This document shows positions 1-9,078 of a stretch of 24,464 nucleotides of DNA, in pieces. Source of the stretch: a virus (Duplodnaviria > Caudoviricetes); the IMG/VR virus record IMGVR_UViG_3300036802_000085, positions 1 to 24,464 of that record; one strand, 5' to 3'. Both the position numbers and the translations under genes were made by a program. Position 1 is the stretch's first letter, and every line of letters begins with the position of its first letter. The notes beneath the pieces were generated by a model, which ran no database searches, was not told the origin of the DNA, and was given only the letters and a program-made list of their open reading frames with translations.

Positions 1-21
1 CATATAACTGTATCTATTATA

Positions 22-153
22 TATGTCAACTATGTCAACTTTAAAAGTATATATAAATAAATAATAAAGAGATTAGGCATATACGTAATTACCTAGCACG
101 CCTAATACGCCTAATAATACACGTATAAGAGAAAAACGTTGAATAAGTTGACA
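22..153. repeat. Nested direct/inverted repeat cluster, candidate phage replication origin
   Basis: TATGTCAAC x2 (22-30, 31-39) with inverted AGTTGACA (146-153) and GTTGAA (138-143); ACGCCTAATA x2 (98-107, 107-116) with inverted ATTAGGC (72-78); AT-rich 41-70; non-coding, within the replication module. Confidence 0.55.
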
Positions 154-171
154 AGCCTAGGAGGTTTGAAA

Positions 172-462
172 ATGCGAGAGCGAGACATCGAAACTTATTT
201 GAGAGATAAGGTTAAAAAAGCGGGCGGAAAAGCTTATAAGTTTGAATCACCGGGAAATGATGGAGTGCCTGACCGTTTAGTTCTTTTTCCGGGTAACAAA
301 GTTTACTTCGTCGAGCTAAAAGCACCCGGCAAAAAGCCGAGGCCTTTACAAATTAAACAAATGCGAGATATATCGGCATTCGGTTGCAATGTTCGAGTGA
401 TTGACAACAAAGCCGGAGTGGATGATTTTATTGCAGGGGTAGGTGATACTAGGCATGACTAA
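172..462 (+). CDS. VRR-NUC domain nuclease
   Basis: MRERDIE...GVPDRLV...FVELKAPG PD-(D/E)xK motif; RBS AGGAGG before ATG 172. Confidence 0.92.
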   Translation: MRERDIETYLRDKVKKAGGKAYKFESPGNDGVPDRLVLFPGNKVYFVELKAPGKKPRPLQIKQMRDISAFGCNVRVIDNKAGVDDFIAGVGDTRHD

Positions 463-1843
463 ATTTAAGCCTTGGCCATATCAGAGATATTGCATCAACC
501 GCGTATTAGCAACACCAGCACTTGGCTTATTACTTGATATGGGATTAGGCAAGACAGTTATCACACTAACAGCAGTAAACGACTTAAAGTACAACCAATT
601 TGTAGTCAACAAGGTTTTAGTCATCGCCCCGAAAAAAGTAGCAGAAAGCACCTGGGCAAGAGAGGCGATTAAATGGGATCACCTGCAGCTGTTACGAATT
701 TCCACGGTGCTTGGATCCGCGGCCAAGCGAATTAGAGCATTGAACACACCTGCAGATATCTACGTGATCAATCGTGAAAACGTACCGTGGTTGGTCGAGC
801 ACTATCGAAATGCCTGGCCATTTGACATGGTGATCGTGGACGAGTTTAGTAGTTTTAAAAATCACCAGGCTAAACGGTTTAAATCTTTATCATGGGTCCG
901 GCCACATATCAAACGGATAGTTGGATTGACTGGGACACCGGCACCGAATGGATTACTAGATTTATGGGCACAGGTATATTTACTAGACCAGGGCGCAAGG
1001 CTTGGAAATAAAATAGGCGGTTTCCGAGAAAGATACTTTGAACCTGACCAACGTAACCGTGATAGAGTTTTCAGCTATGCGCCAAAGGTAGGAGGAGAGG
1101 AAGCCATTCAAAGCTTAATCGGTGATATATGCGTCAGCATGAAAGCAGAGGATTATCTTGAGCTTCCGGATATCACATACAACACGATTCCAGTCTTATT
1201 GGATGATAAAGCCCAAAAGGCATACAAAAAGTTAGAAACTGAAATGTTATTGCAGGTAGACGAGTCAACTATCGATGCTGGATCCGCAGCAGTCCTTACA
1301 AACAAGTTACTGCAGCTGTGCAATGGAGCCGTGTATGACGAAAATCGAAACATTGTCGAGATCCACGATTGCAAGATCGAAGCCTTTTTAGAACTAATCG
1401 AGGGATTAAACGGAAAACCGGCTTTAGTCTTTTACAACTTCCAGCACGATAAAGCCAGGATCCAAAAATCCTTGGCTAAATCGGGGTTACGCATACGAGA
1501 GTTGAAAACTCCACAGGATGAAACGGATTGGAACAATAGACAGATTGACATCCTATTAGCACACCCAGCGTCAGCTGCATACGGATTAAACCTGCAGCAA
1601 GGCGGAAATCAGGTCATCTGGTTCGGGTTGAATTGGAGCCTTGAGCTGTATCAGCAGGCAAATAAACGATTGCATCGGCAAGGTCAAACAGAAAAAGTCA
1701 TCATCCACCATTTAACCGTAGACGGTGGAGTGGACGAGGACGTTGTGGCAGCATTAGCCAACAAGACGAGCACCCAAGACCAGTTGATGTTAGCTTTAAA
1801 AGCAAGAATTGAAAAGGTCCAGAAAGATGGTGAACACAGTTGA
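455..1843 (+). CDS. SNF2-family phage helicase/ATPase
   Basis: DMGLGKT Walker A, VDEFS Walker B, LTGTP motif III, GLNLQ, QANKRLHRQGQ motif VI; RBS AGGTGA before ATG 455. Confidence 0.93.
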   Translation: MTKFKPWPYQRYCINRVLATPALGLLLDMGLGKTVITLTAVNDLKYNQFVVNKVLVIAPKKVAESTWAREAIKWDHLQLLRISTVLGSAAKRIRALNTPADIYVINRENVPWLVEHYRNAWPFDMVIVDEFSSFKNHQAKRFKSLSWVRPHIKRIVGLTGTPAPNGLLDLWAQVYLLDQGARLGNKIGGFRERYFEPDQRNRDRVFSYAPKVGGEEAIQSLIGDICVSMKAEDYLELPDITYNTIPVLLDDKAQKAYKKLETEMLLQVDESTIDAGSAAVLTNKLLQLCNGAVYDENRNIVEIHDCKIEAFLELIEGLNGKPALVFYNFQHDKARIQKSLAKSGLRIRELKTPQDETDWNNRQIDILLAHPASAAYGLNLQQGGNQVIWFGLNWSLELYQQANKRLHRQGQTEKVIIHHLTVDGGVDEDVVAALANKTSTQDQLMLALKARIEKVQKDGEHS

Positions 1844-2352
1844 AACTAAATGAGAAGCATGTCGAGGTTATAGCAAGAACAGTCCTTGAATATTTGGAAC
1901 AGGAAAAGGAAAAGCAGGAAAAAGCGAAGTATGATCGGCGATTAAGGAATATCAAAATGCTTCTTAGAAACTATCGATCTCTCGTAAAGCATTGTGAAGG
2001 AATAAAAATTGAAATCAAAAAGTTAGATGAAAAACTGGCCCTTGATTTATTAGATACAGATGAGTTTGCAATTGAGGCAATAAAAGCCAGCAAAAAACGT
2101 ACACTTGCGACAGTTCGGTTCGTGGCAAGAATGGTTTCTGTCTACGGGAAAATGAGTGAGGATGAATCTGAAGAGGCGATAAGACGCTATCAAACGGTCT
2201 ACCATTTATACATTTCGGATAAAAGAAAAACAGCAAAAGAGATTGCGACATGTCATAATGTTGATGAAAGAACCGTTTATCGAGACGTCAATAATTCCCT
2301 TGAACCATTGTCAGTATTGATGTTTGGGATTGATGGGTTGAAACTTAAATAG
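1840..2352 (+). CDS. Late transcription activator (RinA/ArpU-like, C-terminal HTH)
   Basis: C-terminal TAKEIATCHNVDERTVYRDV helix-turn-helix; last gene before the late leader; TTG start overlapping the helicase stop. Confidence 0.7.
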   Translation: MKLNEKHVEVIARTVLEYLEQEKEKQEKAKYDRRLRNIKMLLRNYRSLVKHCEGIKIEIKKLDEKLALDLLDTDEFAIEAIKASKKRTLATVRFVARMVSVYGKMSEDESEEAIRRYQTVYHLYISDKRKTAKEIATCHNVDERTVYRDVNNSLEPLSVLMFGIDGLKLK

Positions 2353-2361
2353 ATAGATGCG

Positions 2362-2406
2362 TGTCAAAAATCCGCCCTATAACTGTCACTAATTAAGTGC
2401 TAAAAT
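2362..2406 (+). promoter_or_regulatory. Putative activator-dependent late promoter
   Basis: Extended -10 TGcTAAAAT (2398-2406) with no good -35; TGTCA repeated at 2362 and 2384 (22 bp apart); directly after the activator gene. Confidence 0.55.
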
Positions 2407-2443
2407 GATAGTGTGAAATAAATGTAAATAAATATGAATTTGC

Positions 2444-2475
2444 AAAAGCACTCGTTATCTTAGCGGGTGCTTTTT
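2444..2475 (+). terminator. Intrinsic terminator-like hairpin in the late leader
   Basis: AAAAGCACTCGTTA-TCT-TAGCGGGTGCTTTTT stem-loop with U tract. Confidence 0.65.
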
Positions 2476-2496
2476 ATATTGTCAGGAGGTACGGGC

Positions 2497-2622
2497 ATGA
2501 AATGTGATAAGTGTGTTTGGGCAGAGAAACGAACTGGCACCAAGACTTTCTGCCCGTTTCCTGCCTGCGTTAAAAAACCCAAGCGCTTGGAAAAATTAAA
2601 AGGAGCTGTGAGGAGGAAATGA
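2497..2622 (+). CDS. Small basic four-cysteine protein (41 aa), not in the ORF track
   Basis: RBS AGGAGGT; MKCDKCVWAEKRTGTKTFCPFPACVKKPKRLEKLKGAVRRK; ATGA overlap with next gene. Confidence 0.7.
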   Translation: MKCDKCVWAEKRTGTKTFCPFPACVKKPKRLEKLKGAVRRK

Positions 2623-2810
2623 ATCCATATAAAGAGTTAAAGAGGTCTTGGGATAATTTCGTACTTACAATTGGTCAAGGATTAGGATTGGTTAAGTTTT
2701 TAAATTGGTTTGATAGGTTTATAGAATCAACTCATGGTTATATATTTGCTTGGATTTGGTGTTCGTTATTACTTATCGCCTTGATTATTGGACTAGTAAC
2801 GTATATCTAA
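2619..2810 (+). CDS. Small membrane protein (C-terminal TM helix)
   Basis: RBS GAGGAGG; hydrophobic C-terminus IFAWIWCSLLLIALIIGLV. Confidence 0.65.
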   Translation: MNPYKELKRSWDNFVLTIGQGLGLVKFLNWFDRFIESTHGYIFAWIWCSLLLIALIIGLVTYI

Positions 2811-2852
2811 ATAATCGCAATCGCTTGCGAAAATAAAAGGAGCTGTTGTGAC

Positions 2853-3149
2853 ATGGCTGAAAAGCGCGAGTCAAACGAATCATTAGGAACCATACGAGAA
2901 GGAGAGGCTGTTGTTCCACTTAAGAACATTAGCAGTCTCAAAGTAAAACTTGAATTGGATTGTGCAGAAGCATTAAAAGGATTAAAGGCAGTTACGAGAG
3001 CTGCAAAGAAAGCAACTGCAGCATTGAAAGAGTTAGATGACGCACAAAGAAATGTATCAAGCATTTCGATTACTCTTGATGGCAAGGCTATTGGGGGCAT
3101 ATTAACGAAACACTCAGAGATTGCTAGAAGAATTAATGGTATTAGGTAG
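2853..3149 (+). CDS. Phage hypothetical protein
   Basis: RBS AAGGAG; 98 aa with helical, coiled-coil-like centre; packed against the HNH gene. Confidence 0.7.
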   Translation: MAEKRESNESLGTIREGEAVVPLKNISSLKVKLELDCAEALKGLKAVTRAAKKATAALKELDDAQRNVSSISITLDGKAIGGILTKHSEIARRINGIR

Positions 3150-3151
3150 CC

Positions 3152-3532
3152 ATGCTAAAGAGCTGTAGTTACTGTGGCAGTATTCATCCTCGTACCTACC
3201 AGTGTCCTAGTAAACCGAAGAGGGTTAAGGAACCTACCTACATTGATAAGTTTAGATGGTCAAGAAGATGGACCAATAAGCGCAAGCAGATCAACGATAG
3301 AGACAGGCACCTATGTCAGGTCTGTATTAGAGAGCTGCATAACACGCAATTAAGATATAACTTTACTAATATCGAGGTCCATCACATCGTACCACTCATT
3401 GAGGATTTTAACTTACGACTGGATGATGACAACCTGATCTGCTTGTGCAGCATGCATCATAAGATGGCGGAGAGAGTTGAGATTAGCAGGTCTGAATTGT
3501 TTGGAATTGTTCGAGAAATATACACAATTTAA
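3152..3532 (+). CDS. HNH endonuclease (terminase-associated, HK97 gp74-like)
   Basis: CSYCG, DRHLCQVC, EVHHIVP...NLICLCSMHH; directly upstream of terS. Confidence 0.92.
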   Translation: MLKSCSYCGSIHPRTYQCPSKPKRVKEPTYIDKFRWSRRWTNKRKQINDRDRHLCQVCIRELHNTQLRYNFTNIEVHHIVPLIEDFNLRLDDDNLICLCSMHHKMAERVEISRSELFGIVREIYTI

Positions 3533-3538
3533 ATAGGT

Positions 3539-3593
3539 ATCCCCCCGGGGTTTAAGTTTTTTCAGGCAGGTGCCGTGGATACCACGACTCCAC
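3539..3593. other. Candidate cos packaging site
   Basis: Intergenic between HNH and terS, the usual cos position; CCCCCCGGGG run, palindrome CGTGG-ATA-CCACG and GC-rich CACGACTCC (3583-3591). Confidence 0.5.
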
Positions 3594-3644
3594 TTGAACG
3601 CATAAAATATTCCCAAAATAGCTTTTTGAAGGGAGTGTATGGAT

Positions 3645-4211
3645 ATGTCGAGACCGCCAAAGCCATTTTTAGTTCTTTCAAACGAAAAGAAATCACACAG
3701 GACAAAAAAGGAATTGAAGCAAAGAGAAAAAGGAGAACAATCTCTGGCAACTGGTGTCGCATTGAAAGAACGCTCCATTGTCAAAAGTAATCCAGTTGCC
3801 CATAAAGAGTTTCGAAGAATAAATAGTTTACTTAAAAGTATTGAGAAGAACGATGCGATCTATGAGCCTGTGGTCAACCGGTATTGTCTTATGCAAGCAG
3901 AATGTGCGGAATTGGAGCAGCGAAGGGAATACTTTTTCAATTTGATCCAGAAGCTAGAAAAAGGATTTGAAACAAAGGTAGAAGAAAGCGAATCCGATGA
4001 CACATTTGATTATATTTTAGCCTTTGCAAAAGAGATAGCTAAACTCACAAATGGGATGATGGCTATTGACAAGATCCTTCAGACAAAGAGAAAAATGCTA
4101 CTGGATATTGAGAAAGAAAACATTATGACGATTGCGGCCGCCTTAAGAAGCATCCCGAAGAAAGAAGAAAAATCCTCTAATAAGTTACTGGAAGCTTTGA
4201 ACGATGCTTAA
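3645..4211 (+). CDS. terS: Terminase small subunit (P27-like)
   Basis: N-terminal MSRPPKP; position between HNH and terL; RBS AAGGGAG. Confidence 0.85.
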   Translation: MSRPPKPFLVLSNEKKSHRTKKELKQREKGEQSLATGVALKERSIVKSNPVAHKEFRRINSLLKSIEKNDAIYEPVVNRYCLMQAECAELEQRREYFFNLIQKLEKGFETKVEESESDDTFDYILAFAKEIAKLTNGMMAIDKILQTKRKMLLDIEKENIMTIAAALRSIPKKEEKSSNKLLEALNDA

Positions 4212-5895
4212 AGAAAGCAAGGCCTATCAATATGCTACCTGGTGCGTAAAAGAAGATAATCTTAAAGTCGGAAAATATGTCAAGAAGCAGGCTCAGGTAT
4301 GGGTTGATATCGTAGATGGTAAAAGTGAAGAAGCTTATGTCGATGAAAAGGCTTATAAAAAAATGTGTAAGATTCTAAATCTTATGGTCCATCCTGACTT
4401 GATGTGCTCGATGTATGACGGTTTAGAAGACTATGCTTGGTTTCTGGATACCGCTGTCTTATGTACAAAATTAAAGAACGATAAGGATCAAGATATTAGA
4501 TACTATATAACCGCATTGCTAGAGATAAGTCGAAAGAATTTTAAGACTTTCAATAGCGCGGTTATTTTTATTTTACTAATGCTCACGGATCCACAGTTTT
4601 CCCGTTTTTTCTCGGTGGCACCTGATTTAAAACTTTCGAGTGAATTAAAACTTGCCATTCGAAAAATTATTAAAGTTAGTCCTGCACTTGCTGAAGATGG
4701 AGTTTTTAAGATTTTGAGAAGTGAGATCAGATGCTTGCTAACTGAAAGTGATTATACTCCACTCGCCTACTCGGAAGACAAGATGGATGGTAAGTTGGCC
4801 AACGCGTTTTTAGCCGATGAAGCGGGGGCGATGGACTCATACCCGATTGAGGCTATGCGTTCATCTCAGATCACCTTGTTTAACAAACTCGGGATCATCA
4901 TTAGCACCCAGTACCCAAATGATAACAACGTTATGATTGACGAAATTGATATGTCAAAAAAGGTACTGGATGGGCTTGCTGAAAATAAGCGTAGATTTGC
5001 GTTATTGTACGAGCCAGACGATGAATTTTTGACGGATGATAAGTGGCAAAAGGATGATTTGGTCATATATCAAAGCAATCCTGTAGCCGTAGCTCATGAT
5101 CATATTTTCGATGCAATTAAAGATATGAGAACGATGGCTATTTTATATGAGAACAAACGGGAAAATTATTTGTGTAAGCACAACAATATTAAGTACAAAG
5201 GTCTTGGAGTCGAGGGGTACGTTGAGATCACAAAAGTCCGAGAATGCAAACAAAAAGAAAATTTAGAGTTTTGGAAGGGTAAACGAGTTTATCTTGGTAT
5301 CGACTTATCCCTGAGTGATGACAATACATCTGTTGCAATGGTCACGGAGCACGAAGATAAAATTTACTCGAAGGTATGGGGCTTTATCCCAAAAGATCGG
5401 AAAGATTTCAAGAGCAAAAAGGAAAATGTTGATTATAACAAGCTTATTCACCATGGCGTGTGCTTTGACTGCGGGGATGAGGTTATCGACTATGGATTTG
5501 TAGAACGATTTGTTTTAGGACTGGAAAAAAATTATGGAGTGGAGATTGTGCAAATCGGATACGATCGCTATAACGCAATCAGTACCGTTCAAAAGTTAGA
5601 AGCTGCAGGATATGAATGTGTGGAAATTAAACAACATTCTAGTGTGCTTCATCCTCCTACTAAGCTATTAAAAGAACTCATACTCAAAAAGCTATTTCAT
5701 TATGATGATAATTTAATGCTAGAAATTAACTTTCAAAACGCCAGGTGTACAGAAGATACAAACTTAAATAAATATGTAAATAAAAAGAGATCTGCAGGGA
5801 AAGTGGATATGGTTGTTTCGACAATTAACTCAATGTTTCTATTACAGCAAGACATGTTATACGGAATTAATGACTTTACAGTCCAAGTCATTTGA
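4204..5895 (+). CDS. terL: Terminase large subunit
   Basis: ISRKNFKT Walker A variant, LADEAG Walker B, IIISTQ motif, nuclease motifs GIDLSLSDD and KVDMVVS. Confidence 0.96.
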   Translation: MLKESKAYQYATWCVKEDNLKVGKYVKKQAQVWVDIVDGKSEEAYVDEKAYKKMCKILNLMVHPDLMCSMYDGLEDYAWFLDTAVLCTKLKNDKDQDIRYYITALLEISRKNFKTFNSAVIFILLMLTDPQFSRFFSVAPDLKLSSELKLAIRKIIKVSPALAEDGVFKILRSEIRCLLTESDYTPLAYSEDKMDGKLANAFLADEAGAMDSYPIEAMRSSQITLFNKLGIIISTQYPNDNNVMIDEIDMSKKVLDGLAENKRRFALLYEPDDEFLTDDKWQKDDLVIYQSNPVAVAHDHIFDAIKDMRTMAILYENKRENYLCKHNNIKYKGLGVEGYVEITKVRECKQKENLEFWKGKRVYLGIDLSLSDDNTSVAMVTEHEDKIYSKVWGFIPKDRKDFKSKKENVDYNKLIHHGVCFDCGDEVIDYGFVERFVLGLEKNYGVEIVQIGYDRYNAISTVQKLEAAGYECVEIKQHSSVLHPPTKLLKELILKKLFHYDDNLMLEINFQNARCTEDTNLNKYVNKKRSAGKVDMVVSTINSMFLLQQDMLYGINDFTVQVI

Positions 5896-5908
5896 AGGAG
5901 GTGAGACA

Positions 5909-7171
5909 GTGGGATTAATGCAACGATTGTTTGGTAAAAAAGAACAAAGAGAACTGACATTAGAAGAATTGCTTTTGAGTGCAGGCATATCAACTGGAGA
6001 CATTACAAAGGAGCAAGCATTAAATATTCCAGCAGTAAGCGCCTGTGTGAATGTTATTTCCGATACAGTAGCGTCATTACCAATTGTTATTTATCAAGCG
6101 AAAGATGGTAAAGTAACGGAAATAAAAGATGACGTCCGGATAAATCTATTAAATGATGATACGAAGGACACTTTAGACGGTTTTCAATTTAAAAAAGCAA
6201 TAATTGACGATTATCTATTAGACGGTGCAGGATATGCCTATATAAACCGGGAAAGAAACAACATAAAAAGTCTTCATTTTGTGGACAACGTGAAACTTTC
6301 CGTCAATATGGGTGTGGATCCTATCTTTAAAAAGTACGACATTTTAGTAAATGGTGCTACCTATCGGGATTTTGAGTTTTTAAAACTCACTCGTAAATCA
6401 AAAGATGGTGTAACTGGCAAAGGGGTAATAAAAGAAAATAATAAAATTCTATCGGTTGTTTATAATTCACTCATTTTTGAAGAGATTTTAGTTAAGACCG
6501 GAGGTAATAAAAAAGGGTTTTTAAAAGCCTCAAGCAAGCTTAACCGAGAGGCTATAGACGCTCTTAAGGCGGCTTTTGCCAATCTTTATAAAAATAATTC
6601 CGAGAATGTTGTTGTATTAAATAACGGTTTAGAGTTTCAAGAAGCGTCAAACACTTCGGTAGAAATGCAGCTCAATGAAAATAAGAAGACCAATTCGTCA
6701 GAAATTTGCAAGATATTTATCACCCCACCGTCTATTTTAGACGGGACAGCAAGTGATACCGTTTATAACAATTGGATAAAAGTTTGCATCTTGCCGATAT
6801 TAATTGCCCTGCAAACTGCTTTGAATAAGGACCTTCTACTTCCGAGTGAAAAAGGTTCTTTTTATTTTGCCTTTGACACAAAGGAACTGCTTAAAGGCGA
6901 CATTGAAAAACGATTTAAAGCCTATGAAATTGCCATTAAAAACAAGATTCTAGGCATTAACGAAATCCGTTACCAGGAAGACAAAGAACCAATCGATGCC
7001 TTTGAAAATATGGTTGTCCTTGGGCTTAATGATGTGCTTTATAACGTTAAAACCGGACAGGTTTATACACCTAATACCGATAAATCCACAAATATGAATA
7101 ATACCAAAGCAACACTGGGAGGAGGTGAGGATAATGCGAATAGAGATCCGGGGAAACCAGGTGTTGCTTGA
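5909..7171 (+). CDS. Portal protein (HK97 family)
   Basis: AVSACVNVISDTVASLP, GAGYAYI, INEIRYQE motifs; GTG start at 5909 behind AAGGAGGTGA. Confidence 0.95.
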   Translation: MGLMQRLFGKKEQRELTLEELLLSAGISTGDITKEQALNIPAVSACVNVISDTVASLPIVIYQAKDGKVTEIKDDVRINLLNDDTKDTLDGFQFKKAIIDDYLLDGAGYAYINRERNNIKSLHFVDNVKLSVNMGVDPIFKKYDILVNGATYRDFEFLKLTRKSKDGVTGKGVIKENNKILSVVYNSLIFEEILVKTGGNKKGFLKASSKLNREAIDALKAAFANLYKNNSENVVVLNNGLEFQEASNTSVEMQLNENKKTNSSEICKIFITPPSILDGTASDTVYNNWIKVCILPILIALQTALNKDLLLPSEKGSFYFAFDTKELLKGDIEKRFKAYEIAIKNKILGINEIRYQEDKEPIDAFENMVVLGLNDVLYNVKTGQVYTPNTDKSTNMNNTKATLGGGEDNANRDPGKPGVA

Positions 7172-7856
7172 TGGGTATGTTAATGCTGTGGGCAGAGAAA
7201 GCAGAATATTACCTTCTTCAAGAGGTCCATTCCGTGAACAAGTAGTGCCTAAGACTTTTGAAAAGGCATTGCAGTCCACAGATGATGTTGAGTTGCGCTT
7301 TAATCATGATGAGAATCGAAAGTTAGGTTCTACCAAACTAGGTAACTTGCAATTGTATGAGGACAGTATCGGCTTGCGTGCCATTGCAACTGTAACCGAT
7401 GAGGAAGTCATGGAAAAGGCCAAAGCAGGGAAGTTAACTGGATGGTCTTTTAGTTTTGTTGACCAAAAACCTAATTGGCAAGATGGTAGTGACGGCATCC
7501 AAAAGCGATATTTAGAGGATATTGAACTTTTAGAAGTATCAATTTTGGATAAAACCCCTGCGTATATCGCCACTTCCATTGAGGCCCGAGGGGAAGAAAA
7601 TGTTATCACTGAAAATAGAAGCGATGAATTTCGAGCAATGATTGAGGATTTAACACCAGCAGCTGACCAAACCAGTGAAAAAATAGTTTGTCCTGCTTGC
7701 GGAAAAGAAATCACTGATAATACCGCAGCATATTGTTCAGAATGTGGTGAAAAGCTTAATGATGTCGGTAATGAATCAAATGAAGCCGAAATAGAGCTAT
7801 TACAAATAGAAATTGAAATTCTCAAATTGAAGGGTGGAAATAATAATGCCATTTAA
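7134..7856 (+). CDS. HK97-family prohead protease with C-terminal zinc ribbon
   Basis: RFNHD, GWSFSF, LLEVSI...PAY motifs; CPACG...YCSECG near the C-terminus; RBS GGAGGTGA before ATG 7134. Confidence 0.92.
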   Translation: MRIEIRGNQVLLDGYVNAVGRESRILPSSRGPFREQVVPKTFEKALQSTDDVELRFNHDENRKLGSTKLGNLQLYEDSIGLRAIATVTDEEVMEKAKAGKLTGWSFSFVDQKPNWQDGSDGIQKRYLEDIELLEVSILDKTPAYIATSIEARGEENVITENRSDEFRAMIEDLTPAADQTSEKIVCPACGKEITDNTAAYCSECGEKLNDVGNESNEAEIELLQIEIEILKLKGGNNNAI

Positions 7857-9021
7857 CACATTAGTAAAACCAGTAATCGAATTTCGTTCAATGCCAACAT
7901 TACTTGAGCAGCGTAACACTTTGCTTGATGAAATGGACGGCCTAGTAGCCAAAGCTAAAGCTGAAACTCGGGCTTTTTCTGATGAAGAAAGTAACAGATT
8001 TGAAGCTATTAAAACAGAAATAGCGAAAATCGATAAGACATTAAACGCTGAAGAGGAAGCACGTTCTTTTGAGAAGAAGAAAGTGATCACTGACAAAACC
8101 GAGGAAGAAAAGCGTGCATTAGAAATTGCTGAAGAAGAACAACGATTTTTAGAGTTTGTTCGTGAGGGTCGTGCAGCTAATATGCCTGCTTCAACAAACG
8201 GCGCAATCATCCCTTTATCAATTGCTAATAAAATCATTGATAAAGTAGTACAGCTATCCCCTATCTTAGCAAAAGCTACAAGGTTTAATATCGGTGGGGA
8301 TCTTGCTTTCCCTGTATACGACTACACTCAACACACAACAGCGTATGTTACTGAATTTAATGCCGTAACAGCATCTAATGGAGTATTTACTCAAGTTAAA
8401 TTAACTAATGTTATTATTGGAACGCTTGCTAAAATTGGTCGTTCTTTAATTAATCGTACGGATATTGACGTCCTAAGTTATGTGATTAACGCAATCTCTA
8501 AATCTATCGCGACATTCATAGAAGGTGAATTACTAAAAGGTACTGGGGGGGCAGGTAAGATTCAAGGATCACTTGCAACCGGAGTAACTCAATCATTAAC
8601 CGGCGCTACAACTCTTGTGATTGATTCTTCTGAATTAGTTAACTTGCAAATGAAAGTCCCTCAAGTTTATCAACAAGATGCTTGCTGGATTATGCATCCA
8701 CAGACACTTGCTTATATTCAAGGATTGAAAGCTTCTACAGGTCAATTTTTAATGGGCAACACTTTATCTGAAAATGGTCGTTGGACGCTATTAGGTAAAG
8801 AAGTATTTATCTCAGACGCAATGCCAGTTCTAGGTGTTGGAGCTAAAGCAATTTATTACGGAGATATGAGTGGTCTTTATGTGAAGATGACAAAAGATGT
8901 TCAGGTCCAAGTTCTTTTAGAAAAATATGCGGATGAATATGCAGTTGGTGTTTCTGCCTTTTGTGAACTTGATGGAGTAGTTGTCGAACCTCAAAAAATA
9001 GCTGTATATGTAGGTAAATAA
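7846..9021 (+). CDS. Major capsid protein (HK97 fold, N-terminal coiled-coil delta domain)
   Basis: GAIIP..IANKII, LLKGTG, WIMHP, TLLGKEV, YYGDMS motifs; charged helical N-terminus. Confidence 0.95.
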   Translation: MPFNTLVKPVIEFRSMPTLLEQRNTLLDEMDGLVAKAKAETRAFSDEESNRFEAIKTEIAKIDKTLNAEEEARSFEKKKVITDKTEEEKRALEIAEEEQRFLEFVREGRAANMPASTNGAIIPLSIANKIIDKVVQLSPILAKATRFNIGGDLAFPVYDYTQHTTAYVTEFNAVTASNGVFTQVKLTNVIIGTLAKIGRSLINRTDIDVLSYVINAISKSIATFIEGELLKGTGGAGKIQGSLATGVTQSLTGATTLVIDSSELVNLQMKVPQVYQQDACWIMHPQTLAYIQGLKASTGQFLMGNTLSENGRWTLLGKEVFISDAMPVLGVGAKAIYYGDMSGLYVKMTKDVQVQVLLEKYADEYAVGVSAFCELDGVVVEPQKIAVYVGK

Positions 9022-9024
9022 TTA

Positions 9025-9062
9025 ATAATGGGGAGGGGGTTTCCTTCCCCATTATCCTTTTT
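9025..9062 (+). terminator. Intrinsic terminator after capsid gene
   Basis: ATAATGGGGAGGG ... CCTTCCCCATTAT stem followed by T run. Confidence 0.7.
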
Positions 9063-9078
9063 ATAAGGAGTTGAGATC

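Noticed and set aside
2367-2376. AAAATCCGCC also present at 24376 in the terminator stem
   Set aside because: Only 10 bp, unrelated contexts; consistent with chance, not an att duplication
4522-4551. Terminase Walker A reads RKNFKT rather than RKNGKT
   Set aside because: I recall this variant in other Firmicutes phage terminases, and all other motifs are intact, so there is no evidence of inactivation or novelty
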